Below, one piece after another: positions 1 to 15,382 of a stretch of DNA of 64,000 bases. Source of the DNA: the human T2T-CHM13v2.0 reference genome, Homo sapiens; NCBI RefSeq assembly GCF_009914755.1, contig NC_060927.1; one strand, written 5' to 3'. Every line of letters begins with the position of its first letter. The stretch's first letter is position 1. Made by a program: the position numbers and the translations under genes. The notes under the pieces are model-generated. The model was not told the origin of the DNA. It made no database searches and saw only the letters and a list, made by a program, of their open reading frames with translations.

Positions 1-858
<858 letters not shown>

Positions 859-1090
859 TAAGGAATCTGAACTCAGGAAGCTGTGTAACCACATCCATCT
901 TTTTGAAAGTCTTAGAGTGGTTAGTGTTTTCCTGGCTGTATCCTGAATGATGCAGAAATCTAAAGTGACTCTCAGCACCTTGATTCCCAGAGAAAAACTA
1001 CAATGATAATATCTGGCAGGGTGTCCTGGTACAAATACAATTTCTTTTTATATTTTTTAATTGGAAAAATAATTGTGTTAATTTATAATC

Positions 1091-2510
1091 TTTTTTATTA
1101 TACTTTAAGTTCTGGGGTACATGTGCACAACGTGCAGGTTTGTTACATAGGTATATATGTGTCATGTTGGTTTGCTGCACCCATCAAATCGTCATTTACA
1201 TTGGGTATTTCTCCTAATGCTATCCCTCCTCCAGCCCCCCACCCCACAATAGGCCCTGGTGTGTGATGTTCCCCTCCCTGTGTCCATGTGTTCTCATTGT
1301 TCAACTCCCACTTATGAGTGAGAACATGCGGTGTTTGGTTTTCTGTACTTGTGATAGTTTGCTGAGAATGATGGTTTCCAGCTTCATCCATGTCTCTTCA
1401 AAGGACATGAACTCATCCTTTTTTATGGCTGCATATTACTACTCCATGGTGTATATGTGCCACATTTTCTTTATCCAGTCTATTATTGATGGGTATTTGG
1501 GTTGGTTCCAAGTCTTTGCTCTTGTGAATAGTGCTGCAATAAACATATGTGTGCATGTGTCTTTATAGTAGCATGATTTATAATCGTTTGTGTATATACC
1601 CAGTAATGGGATTGCTGGGTCAAATGGTATTTCTAGTTTTAGATCCTTGAGGAATCGCCACAGTGTCTTCCACAATGGTTGAACTAATTTACACTCCCAC
1701 CAGCAGTGTAAAAGCGTTCCTATTTCTCCACATCCTCTCCAGCATCTGTTGTTTCCTGGCTCTTTAATGATTGCCATTCTAACTGGCGTGAGATGGTATC
1801 TCATTGTGGTTTTGATTTGCATTTCTCTAATGACCAGTGATGATGAGCATTTTTTCATATGTCTGTTGGCTGCATAGATGTATTTTTTTGGGAAGTGTCT
1901 GTTCATATCTTTTGCCCACTTTTTGATGGAGTTGTTTGATTTTTTCTTGTAAATTTGTTTAAGTTCTTTGTAGATTCTTGATATTAGCCCTTTTTCAGAT
2001 GAATAGATTGCAAAAACTTTCTCCCATTCTTTAGGTTGCCTGTTCACTCTGCTGATAGTTTCTTTTGCTGTGCAGAAGCTCTTTAGTTTAATTAGATCCC
2101 ATTTGTCTATTTCAGCTTTTGTTGTCATTGCTTTTGGTGTTTTAGTCATGAAGTCTTTGCCCATGCTTATGTCCTGAATGGTATTGCCTAGGTTTTCTTC
2201 TAGGGTTTTTATGGTTTTAGGTCTTACATTTAAGTCTTTAATCCACCCTGAGTTAATTTTTGTATAAGGTATAAGGAAGGGATCCAGTTTCAGCTTTCTA
2301 CATATGGCTAACCAGTTTTCCCAGCACCATTTATTAAATAGGAAATTCTTTCACCATTTCTTGTTTTTGTCAGGTTTGTCAAAGATCAGATGGTTGTATA
2401 CATGTGGTGTCACTTCTGAGGCCTCTGTTCTGTTCCATTGGTCTATATATCTGTTTTGGTACAAGTACCATGCTGTTTTGGTTACTGTAGCCTTGCAGTT
2501 TAGTTTGAAA
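1091..2510 (-). mobile_element. 5'-truncated L1PA (3' UTR plus ORF2 C-terminus)
   Basis: Begins with TTTTTTATTATACTTTAAGTTCTGGGGTACATGTGC (antisense L1 3' end). ORF 1439..2164(-) is L1 ORF2p C-terminus including [26 protein letters not shown]. Confidence 0.95.
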
Positions 2511-2525
2511 TCCACTCTGAAGTTA

Positions 2526-2790
2526 TTTTAAGTTCTGGGATACATGTGCAGAACGTGCATGTTTGTTACATAGGTATACATATGCCATGGTGGTTTGCTG
2601 CACCCATCAACCCATCCCATGCAGTAGGTATTTATCCTAATACAGGAACAGAAAACCAAACACTGCATGTTCTCACTCATAAGTGGGAGCTGAACAATGA
2701 GAACACATGGACACAGGGAGGGGAATATCACACATAAGGGCCTCTCAGGCGGTGGGGGCAAGGGATAGGGAGAGCATTAGTACAAATACA
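2526..2790 (-). mobile_element. Very short L1PA 3' UTR insertion with internal inversion
   Basis: 2526-2641 is the antisense L1 3' terminus. 2642-2790 is sense 3' UTR (CAGAAAACCAAACACTGCATGTTCTCACTCATAAGTGGGAG...GAGAGCATTAG). Confidence 0.88.
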
Positions 2791-3399
2791 ATTTCTGTCC
2801 ATTATTCATTTGATCGTCTTCATCCTCCTCTAAGGTGCAGCTTCTCATCGGTTTCTCCAACTTTGGTGGTTTTCTCTTAGTTTCTTGAGCACAGTATATT
2901 TCTTTCTATCTCATATTAGCTCCCAAATGCTCTTCTTGCTGGAGTGAAGATTAGAGATATTAAGTGACTTGTGTACAAGGCAACTAATCCAAGATATAGA
3001 ACTGGGCCAATAAAGACTTTCTGAGCCCCAAAACAGTTAAGCTTTCTGTTACCCCACATCCTTCCAATTAGATGCAGCCAGACACAAAATTCTTTTTAAG
3101 GAGGAAATTAACACAATAAAGTATACAGACCCTTAAGATTGTGTTGCTAATCCCTGTGCTTGTGTTGAGATGTAAATTATCTCTGCTTGAAGCCCATTTA
3201 GAGACCTTAGATCCTTCTGACAGGAACAGCTGGGATCATGATAAAACTGGGCCTCCCAGAAATAATTCTCGTTGTCATCTTTACATTCTCCCCCAGGCAA
3301 GAGAAGATATCCACCAATTCAATTCTGGGGGGAGTCCTAACAAGTGAGCTGCTGTGTGTAGTGAGCATTCTTGCCCTGATGACACAGTTGGCCCACTGT

Positions 3400-4290
3400 C
3401 TTCCTCTCCACCATGTTCCTCCTTACTTTCAACTGCAAATGGATGACTCAATGCTCTTTCCCTTCAGAGTTCTTCAATTTCTGTAACTCCTTTGACTTTC
3501 ATATGTGCTTAACTTTGTGATGATTTGAAAGTCTCCTCCTTTGAAATATCAAACTCCAATAATTTACCTCAAACCACAACTTATCATTCCAGCTTTTACT
3601 CCATCACCGTACCATACTTGTTAGCCTCATAAAAAGTTATATTCCAGTGATTGCTTCATTCTCTTCCAATTCCTCAGCTATTTGTCATCTTCACTTTCTT
3701 CCTTACCTTGCTTAGACTCCATGATCTATGGTGTTTAAATATAGAGAACACCATAATCTATGGAGTTGAACAAGTGTCTTGACAATAATTTCAATTCTCA
3801 TACCCTTTCTGCCTCTTTACCCTCAGGGTGTTATTCTAACCTAAACCTATATATCTAGTTCCTCTTTTCAGCTTCTATATACAGCTGAATGCGTATTGCT
3901 TGAGGACATCAGTACTCACTCTCTTACTCTCCTCTCTTACTCTTATTTCACTTGGACAAGTGCAACTCTTACATATGAACTTACCTAAAACATATACATC
4001 CTCATTCATCATTTCCAAACCAATCCAGATAAAATGTCTCCTCCCATGAATTCATGTATCATGAACATTTTTTAATTCTATTTTATGAATATTAGAATGT
4101 GGGACATGATAGACAATAATTGTTCCATTTAATGACTCACCATCTTTTGTATATTATTCTGTAGCTGGTATATTTATTTATATCTATATTAAATTGTGAA
4201 TTTCTTGAAAACAAGAATTGTTTCTTAGTCATCTTTAATTCACTGTACCTGGCAATGTCTGAAATATAGTAGGTGTTTGTAAAAAAGGTG
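3400..4290 (+). mobile_element. Degraded L2 LINE fragments
   Basis: Pyrimidine-rich L2-like body, ending in an L2 3'-end-like motif (TACCTGGCAATGTCTGAAATATAGTAGGTGTTTG). Boundaries approximate. Confidence 0.55.
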
Positions 4291-4708
4291 AGAGGAAAAT
4301 GAATACCTTGGTGACATGGATCATTTTTATGCATTTAAATAATTTTTAATAAATGATTTTTTAGCTGTGATGATAATTGAATGTCTAAGTGAGAAAACCA
4401 GCAATGTGACAAGTCCAAGCGTACATTATTTCAAATAAATGAATTCTGAATTATTTTACTACAGAAATAATTTATGTAATTATTTTCAGCTCAAATTTAA
4501 TTCATCAGAAAGCTAATTAGATGATTTCTAGCCTAGAGAATGGATAGTCTAAGAGCCCCACATTTTCTTTTGCCCAGGTTCCCTTTAACCTGATAGAATT
4601 AAAGATAACTGATTATGCACAGACACAAGTTCTCATTTTGAAATTGGCTGTCTTTTTCTCTTTGGCAATTTAGTTTGGTGCTTATATAGTTTCCTTTACA
4701 GTACCCTG

Positions 4709-4729
4709 CTCTCTCTCTCTCTTTTTCTT

Positions 4730-4780
<51 letters not shown>
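4709..4780. repeat. Compound (TC)n(TG)n microsatellite
   Basis: Directly visible. Confidence 0.95.
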
Positions 4781-5489
4781 ATTTTCTAGTTATCATAACA
4801 GAGACCATCACAGAATCACAACTCCTACCTTCCTAATCCATTATGTTAGTCTACTTATTGCTGGCCATTTCCCACTCATGGTAATGCACACACATGCACA
4901 TACACATTAAAGTATGGTATAGATAATAAAATAAAGATTCTAAAGCATTTATAACTGTCTTCAATGCAAACTTTCCCAGTGCTTTCTACATTTAAATAAA
5001 CCGTATTGAAACCTCCAAATACTACATTTGCTTACCTGAGGTTTCCAGGCCACTTAATACATGTTCTTTGGGATTCTGACTTTGATTGCAGCAAAAGAAT
5101 CTCTCTGTAAACTCCTACTTTACCACAAGCCTCTAAAGAATGCCAGATGAAAGCATACCTCTCCTTTCGTCTTGTCATAAAAATCCACATTTCTGGTTAC
5201 TCACAAACTAAGAAACCATGATCTTAGTACAAAGGCTCTTGCAAATTCCCTGACACAGTCAAACTGTGGTTCTTCAGATGTATAGGTTATATATGTCTGA
5301 GTTTTTTGTGGTTTGTTATTCTAGTTTGAATTTTCCCTTTTGCCCTGAATAGCTCTGGATCATCTCCTCTTTTGTTGTTTGGGTGTGGTAAGGGTTTACT
5401 AATGTTAAAAATATTAATCATAAAATAAGATATACCTAAATAAAACATATTTAGGGAATTAACTATGTTGCCCCCAAATCATATAAGAT

Positions 5490-6686
5490 AGCCAAGACCA
5501 AAAGTAATTGTTTGGTGCATGGCCGAGATCCCCCTTCAGGATGCAGGCTGTAAGCATTCATTTTCTTAATTTCAAGGATTGGGACCTGCTGAGTCTTTCC
5601 TTTGGAGATGGCCTTGGGCCTAAGAGCTGTTTTGCCCAATATTATAAACTCTTTCTCACAGCAGCCCATATGCAATGACTCCAAAGTGGGATGTTACAAA
5701 ATGCACCTCTCATCTTTTTTTGAAATGGGAGAGTTCCTTGGCTGCCCTCGAAGGAAGTGTGACAGGGGCATGGCTCTTTATTTGGCCACCATGAGCTCAA
5801 ACCCCTTACAGGAGGGGGAGCATGCAGACAGGCAGGTGCAGAAACCAGGGCAAGCACTTCTGGGCTCTGGCCGCACAGCAGCATCTAGGGGTGGGTGCTT
5901 GTGACTCCTGAAGCCCCAGTGTAACAGTGTTCTTTTAGCTCTGCTGTCCACAGACAGCTTAAGTTTTAACCAGGTCAGCGCCCCATTGGTACCTGGGCCC
6001 TTGTCTAGCATCCAGGAAGAATCAGGTTACACACGGACTTGAAGAGTGGTAAATGCAAGGGTTTTATTGAGTGTTGGAGGTGGCTTTCAGTGGGATAAAT
6101 GGGGAGTTGGAAGGGGGATGGAGTGGGAAGATGATCTTCCCTGGAGTTCGGCTCTTCTGTGGCCAAACTGCTCTCTTACCATCCCCAGCTGGACTCCTCT
6201 TGATGTTCAGATGCCCCTTTTCTTCTCTCCTTCTCTGCTGTGCAGTTCTTCTGCTCCTCGGCTCTTCTGCTCATCGCCTCATGGAGCAGGAGGTTTGGGG
6301 TTTATATGGGTACGGGATACGGGGTATTGTAGGCCAAAAGGCAACATTTTGGGCACAAAACCAGGAATGCTTGTTCCCATTTAGGGCCGCAGGTTTCCAG
6401 GCTTTAGAGTGGGGTCTTTGCTAGGGAACTGACCTCTTCTACTCAGTATTTCCCTGTCTCCTGTCTGTATCACTTTCTCCAATTTGGAGAAGTTATTCCA
6501 GCATTAGAGCTCCCCAGGTAATCAGTTTAGACTTCTATTGCAACTGTTTTTAGTTTAATTTATCCCTGTCTGCAACGTTATTTTCTTTACTCTCTTAGGC
6601 ATTGTTCCTGAGAGTAGCTTCAATAAGCCACGTGGATGCAATTATCCAGCTCAGGGGTTGTTTCTTATGGAATCCAACCTATGACT
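5490..6686 (+). mobile_element. LTR16-type (class III, ERVL-like) LTR interrupted by a younger LTR
   Basis: AGATCCCCCTTCAGGA start motif near 5525. The end ...CTCAGGGGTTGTTTCTTATGGAATCCAACCTATGACT is followed by the internal leader GTTGACGCCAGGAGTGGTCC. Confidence 0.65.
5721..6472 (-). mobile_element. ERV1 solo LTR, LTR1/LTR27/MER52 group
   Basis: TG...CA termini. Minus strand begins TGATACAGACAGGAGACAGGGAAATACTGAGTAGAAGAGG. AATAAA on the minus strand near 6063-6068. Flanks TTTT/CTTT approximate a 4-bp TSD. Confidence 0.8.
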
Positions 6687-8109
6687 GTTGACGCCAGGAG
6701 TGGTCCTGGGAAGGAGACTCTGAAAATTTTGGAGCTGGCTGGGAATAAGAGTCCTGTTGCTGTTGGTAGGTAGAATATGGTTAGCCACTGTCCTGCAATT
6801 ATTAAAACTCTCATAGGTGATAAATTGATGTGGGAATAGGCAGGTGAAATATCTCAGTCCTTGGAAAGGTAGAAGGAGCATAGCAATTACAAGAAAAGGT
6901 GAATCAAATGGCTCATTCCATCAATGCATTGGAGGATAATAAACAGCTAAGGGAGACTAATGATCAATTTAAGGCAAAATATGAAAGTTAGTTTTGGTGG
7001 CAAAAAGTCTTTTTCTACTATTGGAAAGGGGAGAAAAATTTGAAGAGTTAATTATAAGAGTAGTGGATCTCTTGAAATAGTTGAATTCTCTATCCTGGCC
7101 AGTCAAATCTGTTATGTTAAGGTCAGCACCTGGTTAGGAAGGAGTGAGACTTTGAGACTTGTCATGGTGACCTCTGAGCTGAGGCACTAAAAACACCTTG
7201 AAACCCCAGGTTTTTCTGAATTCACTGCTACTGCATTAGTGACCCAATTTTCTCCACTAAAAATTAGCATTCCCTCTTTGTTGAAAAAAATTCAGAAGCC
7301 TTTGTTTTACAAAGCAACATGTACCTTCCTTCCCTCAAATCTACTTCCACTTTTTCTCCTGGTCACAGGACAAGAAAAAAAAACGAGTCAGGAGAACACA
7401 ATCTGGTCTGGGAATCTCAGGACCTGCTAATGGAGGAAAGGGACTATTGTAAAACCTAGAAAATATGTACTATCAGGAGTTGGGAGAGGATGGGTACTGG
7501 CTCTTGAGGATGGTGGATCAAGTGGGGAGAGAATAAAAGGTTGGATAAGGGAGAATTTGCTGATATAGGACCACACTCCAGTGATACAGAATATAACACA
7601 CTGGCAAGGACCCTGAAGATCAATACCAATATGCTAGTCACTGACTTTCAGAAGCTTGGAAAAACTGATGTTAGAAATTCTAGAACTGTCATGCAAATAG
7701 TGGAAAGAGATCAAAGGCTTAGAGAAGTGGCTTGCTAGAGTGGATATAGTGCATAAGGATCAAAATACCTACCAGCTGACTATGTTCTGTGGGAGCACCC
7801 AGAGAACACCATTTAGCAATACAATAAGAAATATGCAGGTGAGAGGGGTCCCAGCATCATTGCAAAACTCAGTAGTGTCTTTCAAGAGAAGACCAGTGCT
7901 AACTTCCTCATAGCAATGGGGATGATTAGATCCCAACATTAAAAACAAACAAACAAGCAAGCAAACAAAAAACAGGTGGTGGCATTTAATGGTCAGAAAT
8001 TGTGAGTGTAATTATTTTAATGGACTGTCAGCCAGGGTCTGGTCAGTGACGAGCTTTGAAGATGGTTAACAGAACATGTATCCTTAGGGCAGCCAACAAG
8101 CATCACTCA

Positions 8110-8816
<707 letters not shown>

Positions 8817-11800
8817 TCACAATAAAAGGTCATATTTCTTTGTTCTATTTTCAAACTGAAGCCAATTTTCTGACCCAGAAGTCATTGACTGTGAGAGAGA
8901 CTGGGTTCCCATAAAGAAAGGCCCTGAAATACCACCACAAGCAAATATGGTAATAATTCCCTCAGTTCTTTCTCAAAGGGACCTATGACAATTTATTTGG
9001 GTAAACTTATATACCAGGGAAAAACAAAACCCATTTGAATGATGCGAATATGGGAGTTGAGTTAACATTCATACGCAGGGACCTAAAGTGTCATCATGGC
9101 CTCTGTGTTAGAGTAGGGGCATAGAGGAGCCAAGTAATAAATGGAGTCCTATCACAGGTCTGGTTCACACAGTGGAACCACATACCTACCCATTGGTAAA
9201 TTCATCAGTTCCCAAGTGTACAAGTGGAGTGGACACACAATGTAATTGTAAGAATCCTAATATTGAGGCCTTGGACTCAATATTGGGTAAGAAGTATTTA
9301 AGCTGGAAGACTAAGTAGAAGCCACTGAAACTGCCCACATTCGACAATATCATGTCAAAAACAATGTTGTGGTTCAAGAAGAAAGGCAGAGATTAGTGCT
9401 ATCTTAAAGACATAATGTTATCTGTGGTAGAGAGAGATACCACATGAAATTTCTGGCAAGCCCTACTAGGAAAATCACCATGACTTTCCCAGGGTTCTAG
9501 AACAAGGTCATGCCTCTTGCAGCAGAGTATTATACATCTTTTCAAAACATTTCCTGATGTGCTACTTTGTTCTGATAGAAACAGAGCATCTGACTTTGGG
9601 ATATCAAATGACTGTGTGGCCAGAACCGTCCATCATCAGCTGAGTTTTAATCAGCTCATAAATTCAGAAGAGTAGACGATCCAAGAAGCATTTCATCCTG
9701 CAGTGAGAATGTACATCCAGGACTGGACCTGAGGAGGGCTGTACAGCACAATAAGCTGCAAGTGCAGGTGGCCAGACCCTTTTGTTATTAATCACAGTTG
9801 CACTTGTACTTCTCCCTTAGCTCCCATCTGTAGCTTTTTGACCAGCTTGTGGAGAAGAAAAAAGGCTAAGCTTAGTTCATGGGTGGGTATTCTCCATGTT
9901 TAAGTACAAACTGAAAATGAGCTGCTGCTTTATTACAATCCCACTCAGCAGGGCCATGAAAGAAAGCAATGAGTAAAGATTTTCTCATGGGCAGAGTTTC
10001 AGGCATTGTACCAGGACATATACTTTGCATGGAAATAAAAATTGCCCAAGATAAGAATATACAGAAATTTCTGAGCAGTGGCAATTAGCTTGACTGCTTG
10101 GTCAGAGATTGGAAAGGAAAAAATGGAAACCTTGGGGGCAAGGAAGTCTGGGGAAGAGGCATGTGATGGACCTATTGGAGTAAGTACAAATTTGAAAAGT
10201 TTCTATGTAATTATTAATGCCTACCAGGAAGCATTTATCATGAAAACAGCACTGAACTCAAGTGGACAGAATGACTGTGTCTGCTGCTGGCTGACATGTG
10301 ACAGCCAGCCTCTGTCATCAGCTACCACAGTGCTGGTACAATGAATGCATGAAGAGACTATCAGGGATGAAAACTATTCATGGGTCCTACCAGCATCATA
10401 GACTGATAATCACTATGGCTAACTACCACTGCTATCAGATATTCAACTAGCCTGCATCAGAGAACGATACTAAAGCCTGATAGGATGCCATCTTTCAAGG
10501 AGACTAACCAGTCACTTGGTGCCAAGTTGATTATATCCTCGAAGAGGCAGCAATTCATTTTTACTGGAATCAGCACATATTCTAGGTATGGGTTTTCATT
10601 TGCCACTTGTGGAACCTTGACCATCTCCAATATCTGAAGGTTTACAGAATGCTCGATCCATAGACATAGTATCCCACTTGACATTATATCAGACTAAGGA
10701 CCATTTTAAAGAAAGAAAAAAAGGTATGGCCGTGGACATATCACAGTGAAGAATATTGTTCCCATAACAGACCATACTACCAAAAAGCTGCCAGTCTTAC
10801 AGAGTGATGGAACTGCTTTTTGAAGGCATAGAGGCACAAGATTGGAGATAACACTCTGCAAAGATGGGGTGCCATTCTCCAGGATGCAGGATACATCCTA
10901 AATCAGTGATCATTATCTAGTGTTATGTCCCTAGTAGACAGAAGTAAAGTTTAAGAGTGACCCCTTTTGCTATTACTTCTAGAGACTCACATGAAGAATT
11001 TATGCTTCTGACTCTGCAACAATGAGCTCTGCAGGTCTATCTAGCATTTCTGTTCACAGAAGATGAGCGCTTTTACTAGCAAGATTTTAAGCTCTATTTG
11101 CTTCTCAGTCAACCAGCACTTGAGATTTCATGTACAAAGACCAGGAAAAGATTTACCATTCTGGCACAGATAATGGACTCTGATCATTACAAGTATGTAT
11201 CGCTGCCATTATGTATTGGGGCAGGCAAGAATACATCTGGCATCCAGGTGATCCACTGAGGTACTCCCTACCCAATATTCCACATAGTTCAAAAATTAGC
11301 AGTGAAAATTTTGTTTACACAATTAGCTGAGGACTTACTGCAATATTCAAAAATTTTTAAAAAGTACACCATCATAAGAAAAGGTGTTTTTTATGTGTTC
11401 ATCATTCTTGCCTTTAAATCTGGAAGGTAGACAAGAAACTGAGAAGATAACGGATGGCAGAGACCCAGAGGCTTAGTTCTTAAATACATTTGTGCCATAG
11501 TTTCCCTGGCTTTCCTTTCTCTAGAGTGTGGATAAGCAGTAACCAAAACAAAGGAACAACACTATAAGAAATCCATAAATAAGTAGAGAGTTTTCTGGCC
11601 TTTCCATGTGGGAGAGATGAGAGTTGATGAAAAAACACCAAAACAAAGCAAGCTTTGTGGCTTATTTCCTGCAGATATCTGAGAGCAACCTTCTGCCAGG
11701 ATTTGCCCTGCCCACAGGCGTTAGCATGGACTTGATGACTGCGGTGTGGCTTTTACTTTCTCAATTTTCCAGAGCTCATACTCCTCAAACTCCAGAGGAA

Positions 11801-12939
11801 TAAGATGTAAGTATAATTGGTGACCATAGAGCCCATGATTCAAGTTAGTCAGACCTAATTATTTGAAAATATAACTTTCTCTGCCTTTTTTTTTCTAAAA
11901 TTATTTGAAACTTGGTCAAGCAAAGGGTACATGGTGTTTCCTGCCATGTCAGGAAAACAAAAAACAAATACAACCCTATTGAGAAATCCTAATCATTCTA
12001 CATAAGAGAAATTTAGCCTCTTTTTATTTTACTGTTAAAATCTATGTTTTGTGGAAATTCTGAAACTCATTTTATAAGACTAAATTAAACGGAGAATTTT
12101 GCTAGTCTCATTTATTGTTGAATCTTCACGCTAGGAAAGACTGGAGGCTCTGAGGGAAAGTTCATGCTGTTTTTATATCCATGTTGCTAAGGTGATTTTG
12201 TGGGATGAAAACACACTGGCAACTCTCCATTAATTTGTTTACAAAAGAATATGAATGAGTTTCACCTCCTACAGTCAGGAGCACTTCAGCTTCTGCTTAA
12301 TTCTAGCAAACCATAAACCAACTAGCAAATTAAATAAAAATTCCTTCAGTTATTGTTAAGGTACAATTACTCTCAGAAGAAACATATATAATCTGTTAAA
12401 TAGTCCCAATTAACTAACTATTTAGAGCACAAAGTGAAAAACAGAATATATGTGAAACTAAGTGAGGAAAAGATAATTTGATTCCAAAATGGAATTTATC
12501 TTGCTTTTCAGACTGTCTTATCTCTCAGTAAGTCAAAATGGTTTAGAAAAACAGGTGGCTTGTTGCCTTTTGCAAGTGTGTGAATGCGTAGAATAATATA
12601 TTTGTATTTAATCATTATTTATTTAATACAATGTGGCTTTTTGGACTGGGGAGTGAGGAATGGGGCAGAGAGAGTGATAGCTGACTTTGTATGAATAATA
12701 CCAAGGAAACGCAGTAAAGGTCTAGATGTTTTCATGCTTAACGACACCGTATTGCTTTGTACATCTCTTCTGAAATCCCAAGCATGATTTTTTGCCTTAT
12801 TGCATCAGAAGAGAGACTAATCATGGAGCACTGATTCTAGTTTATGGGACACCTGGCAAAAATAATCATACTACAGTGTATTGGCCTCCTAGGATGAGCA
12901 AGAAGTAAAATTCTTGTAAGAGAACATGATTACAACAGG

Positions 12940-13080
12940 CCATCAGTGAAGTTTTCATGGATTCTGGTGCTCAATTGCCTAGGTCTACTACTTTCTACTT
13001 CATGATATAGGAGCAAATAACTTAACCTCTATGTCCTGTGTCATCCTCTGTAGAAGAATAATAATAAAAGTAACATCAAA
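12940..13080 (+). mobile_element. MIR fragment
   Basis: Core-like GAGCAAATAACTTAACCTCTATGTCCTGTGTCATCCTCTGTAGAAG. Confidence 0.6.
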
Positions 13081-13426
13081 AATTAACAGATTTAACCTGT
13101 ATTATGTTAGTATTTATTGTTTTTAATATAGATATGATTTGAATTCTTTAGTATATAGAGAATAAATTTAAATTTCAGGGCCAGAAAGTCTGTTTTTTTC
13201 TTAATATGAGGAATATGTATTTTGTATAGGTTTGACACAAATCTCTACCAATATCTACTGTTCTCTAACTCTTTAAATTCACTAAAAGAATCCCATAATT
13301 TGACTGTAGGTTGATTTCTCAAATTATTTGGTTTGCTAGAAGCTGAACAGTATTGCCCACAGTAGATTAAAAACCTAGGAATAACCTATCATAGCATGGC
13401 CACTTTTCCTGTTCTTGCATCTAAAA

Positions 13427-13427
<1 letters not shown>

Positions 13428-13461
<34 letters not shown>

Positions 13462-13781
13462 GTCTGTCTATGTTTGTCTATATATGTTTTTTGGTTTTTT
13501 TTTTTTTTTTTTGAGAAGGGATCTCACTCTGTTACCCAGGCTGGAGTGCAGTGGTACGATCTCAGCTCAATGTAGCCTTGACTTCCCAGGCTCACATGAT
13601 CCTTCCATCTCAGCCTTCCAAGTAACTGGGATTACAGGCATGCACCACCACGCCTGGCTAATTTTTTGTATTTCTTGTAGAAATGAGGTTTCAGCATGTT
13701 GCCCAGGTTGGTCTCGAACTCCTGGGCTCAACTGATCCTCTCAAAGTGCTAGGATTACAGGCGTGAGCCACAGCTCCAGGC
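13428..13781 (-). mobile_element. AluJ with a (TC)n-containing tail
   Basis: AluJ-type right arm, poly-T at ~13495-13512. TSD-like TGCATCTAAAAT at 13416-13427 and TGCATCTAAGAT at 13782-13793. Confidence 0.9.
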
Positions 13782-15086
13782 TGCATCTAAGATATTTTAA
13801 TTGAGGAAAAGAATATGGATTTATAGAATCTTAGGGTTGAAAGGACTCTTAAAAGGCAAAATTCCACCCAATACAGGTGCTCTCATTCCCTCATATATTT
13901 ATTCTGCTGATTACTGAGCACTCCTTAAGGGCAAAAACTGTGTCTTATTTTAATTCTGGATCTTGCCATTGATATAGTGCCTGCACTGAGGCAATGCTTA
14001 TTTGGAATGGAATTCATTTATTCTTCCATTAAGCATATATTAAGTATCTAATAAATGCCAACACTTGGATAAGCTATGGAGTTATAAAGATAAATAGTAC
14101 AGAGTTTCTGCTCTTTAGGAGCTCACTATATTGGAATGTTGTGCAAACTAAATATTATACAGTAGGGGCTAGATGAGATTGATCAACAGAATGTAGCCGG
14201 TTATACATGAACGGCAGTGCTCTCTTTAAACTTTTGGAAGGGGGAATTATGCCCTTTTGGTCTTCCACTTGCTCTCCAACAGCCTGACTTTTACCCTAGC
14301 AATGACCAGCTCTATAGGATATTAGTGGGTAATCTCTAAGTATGGCTTGGCATGTAATAAGGAAACTGCCAGGCCTTTTGACATTTCCTTGTCTTTTGGA
14401 GACTTGAGATGTTCATCTTACAGTGATAATAAGGGTCAAAATGGGGTCTGGACCACAAAGACAAGGCTGTCTCATGAATGAGTGATTCATTGACATTTTA
14501 ATTTATTGAAAGCCTGAGACAGTGGGCCTCAGATAACTCTCCCTTACTCCATCTAAGTGGTCCTTCAGGAAGTGCCTTAACATCAGGAAGCTCACTCCTG
14601 GGTAGGCAGCCCTGTATATTGTCAAAAGATTCTTATGTTGAATCTTATCTACCTCCTTGTAATTACCAATAATCAGTGCCAATTCTGCCATCTGGAACAA
14701 GATATAAAATTAAGCACTTTACCATGTAACAGGCATTTGAACAAAAGAGGATCCCCGAAATTATTATGATACCACACCATCTTATCTTTTGGTTAAATAT
14801 TTCCAGTTCCTTCAAGGGATCCAGTCCCCATCCCTCTTATCACAATTCGTCAGACTTCTCTCTTTGAGACACTCTAATTTGTCAGTGATCCTCTGAAAAT
14901 ATGGAGCTTGGGATTGGACACTGTCAAGATCCATACCACATTAAAATAGCTTCCCAGGAGGCCTAGGTTACATCTCGCAGAACAGAAAATAGATTACAGA
15001 AATAGAGCATGGAATCACTTTGTTCACTGTAAAGCCCTTTTACAGATGTACAGTATACAATATATAATACTTTGTAGATTTTCTCA

Positions 15087-15382
<296 letters not shown>

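Noticed and set aside
1439-2164. 241-aa ORF as a protein-coding gene
   Set aside because: It is the C-terminus of L1 ORF2p in a 5'-truncated, promoterless copy.
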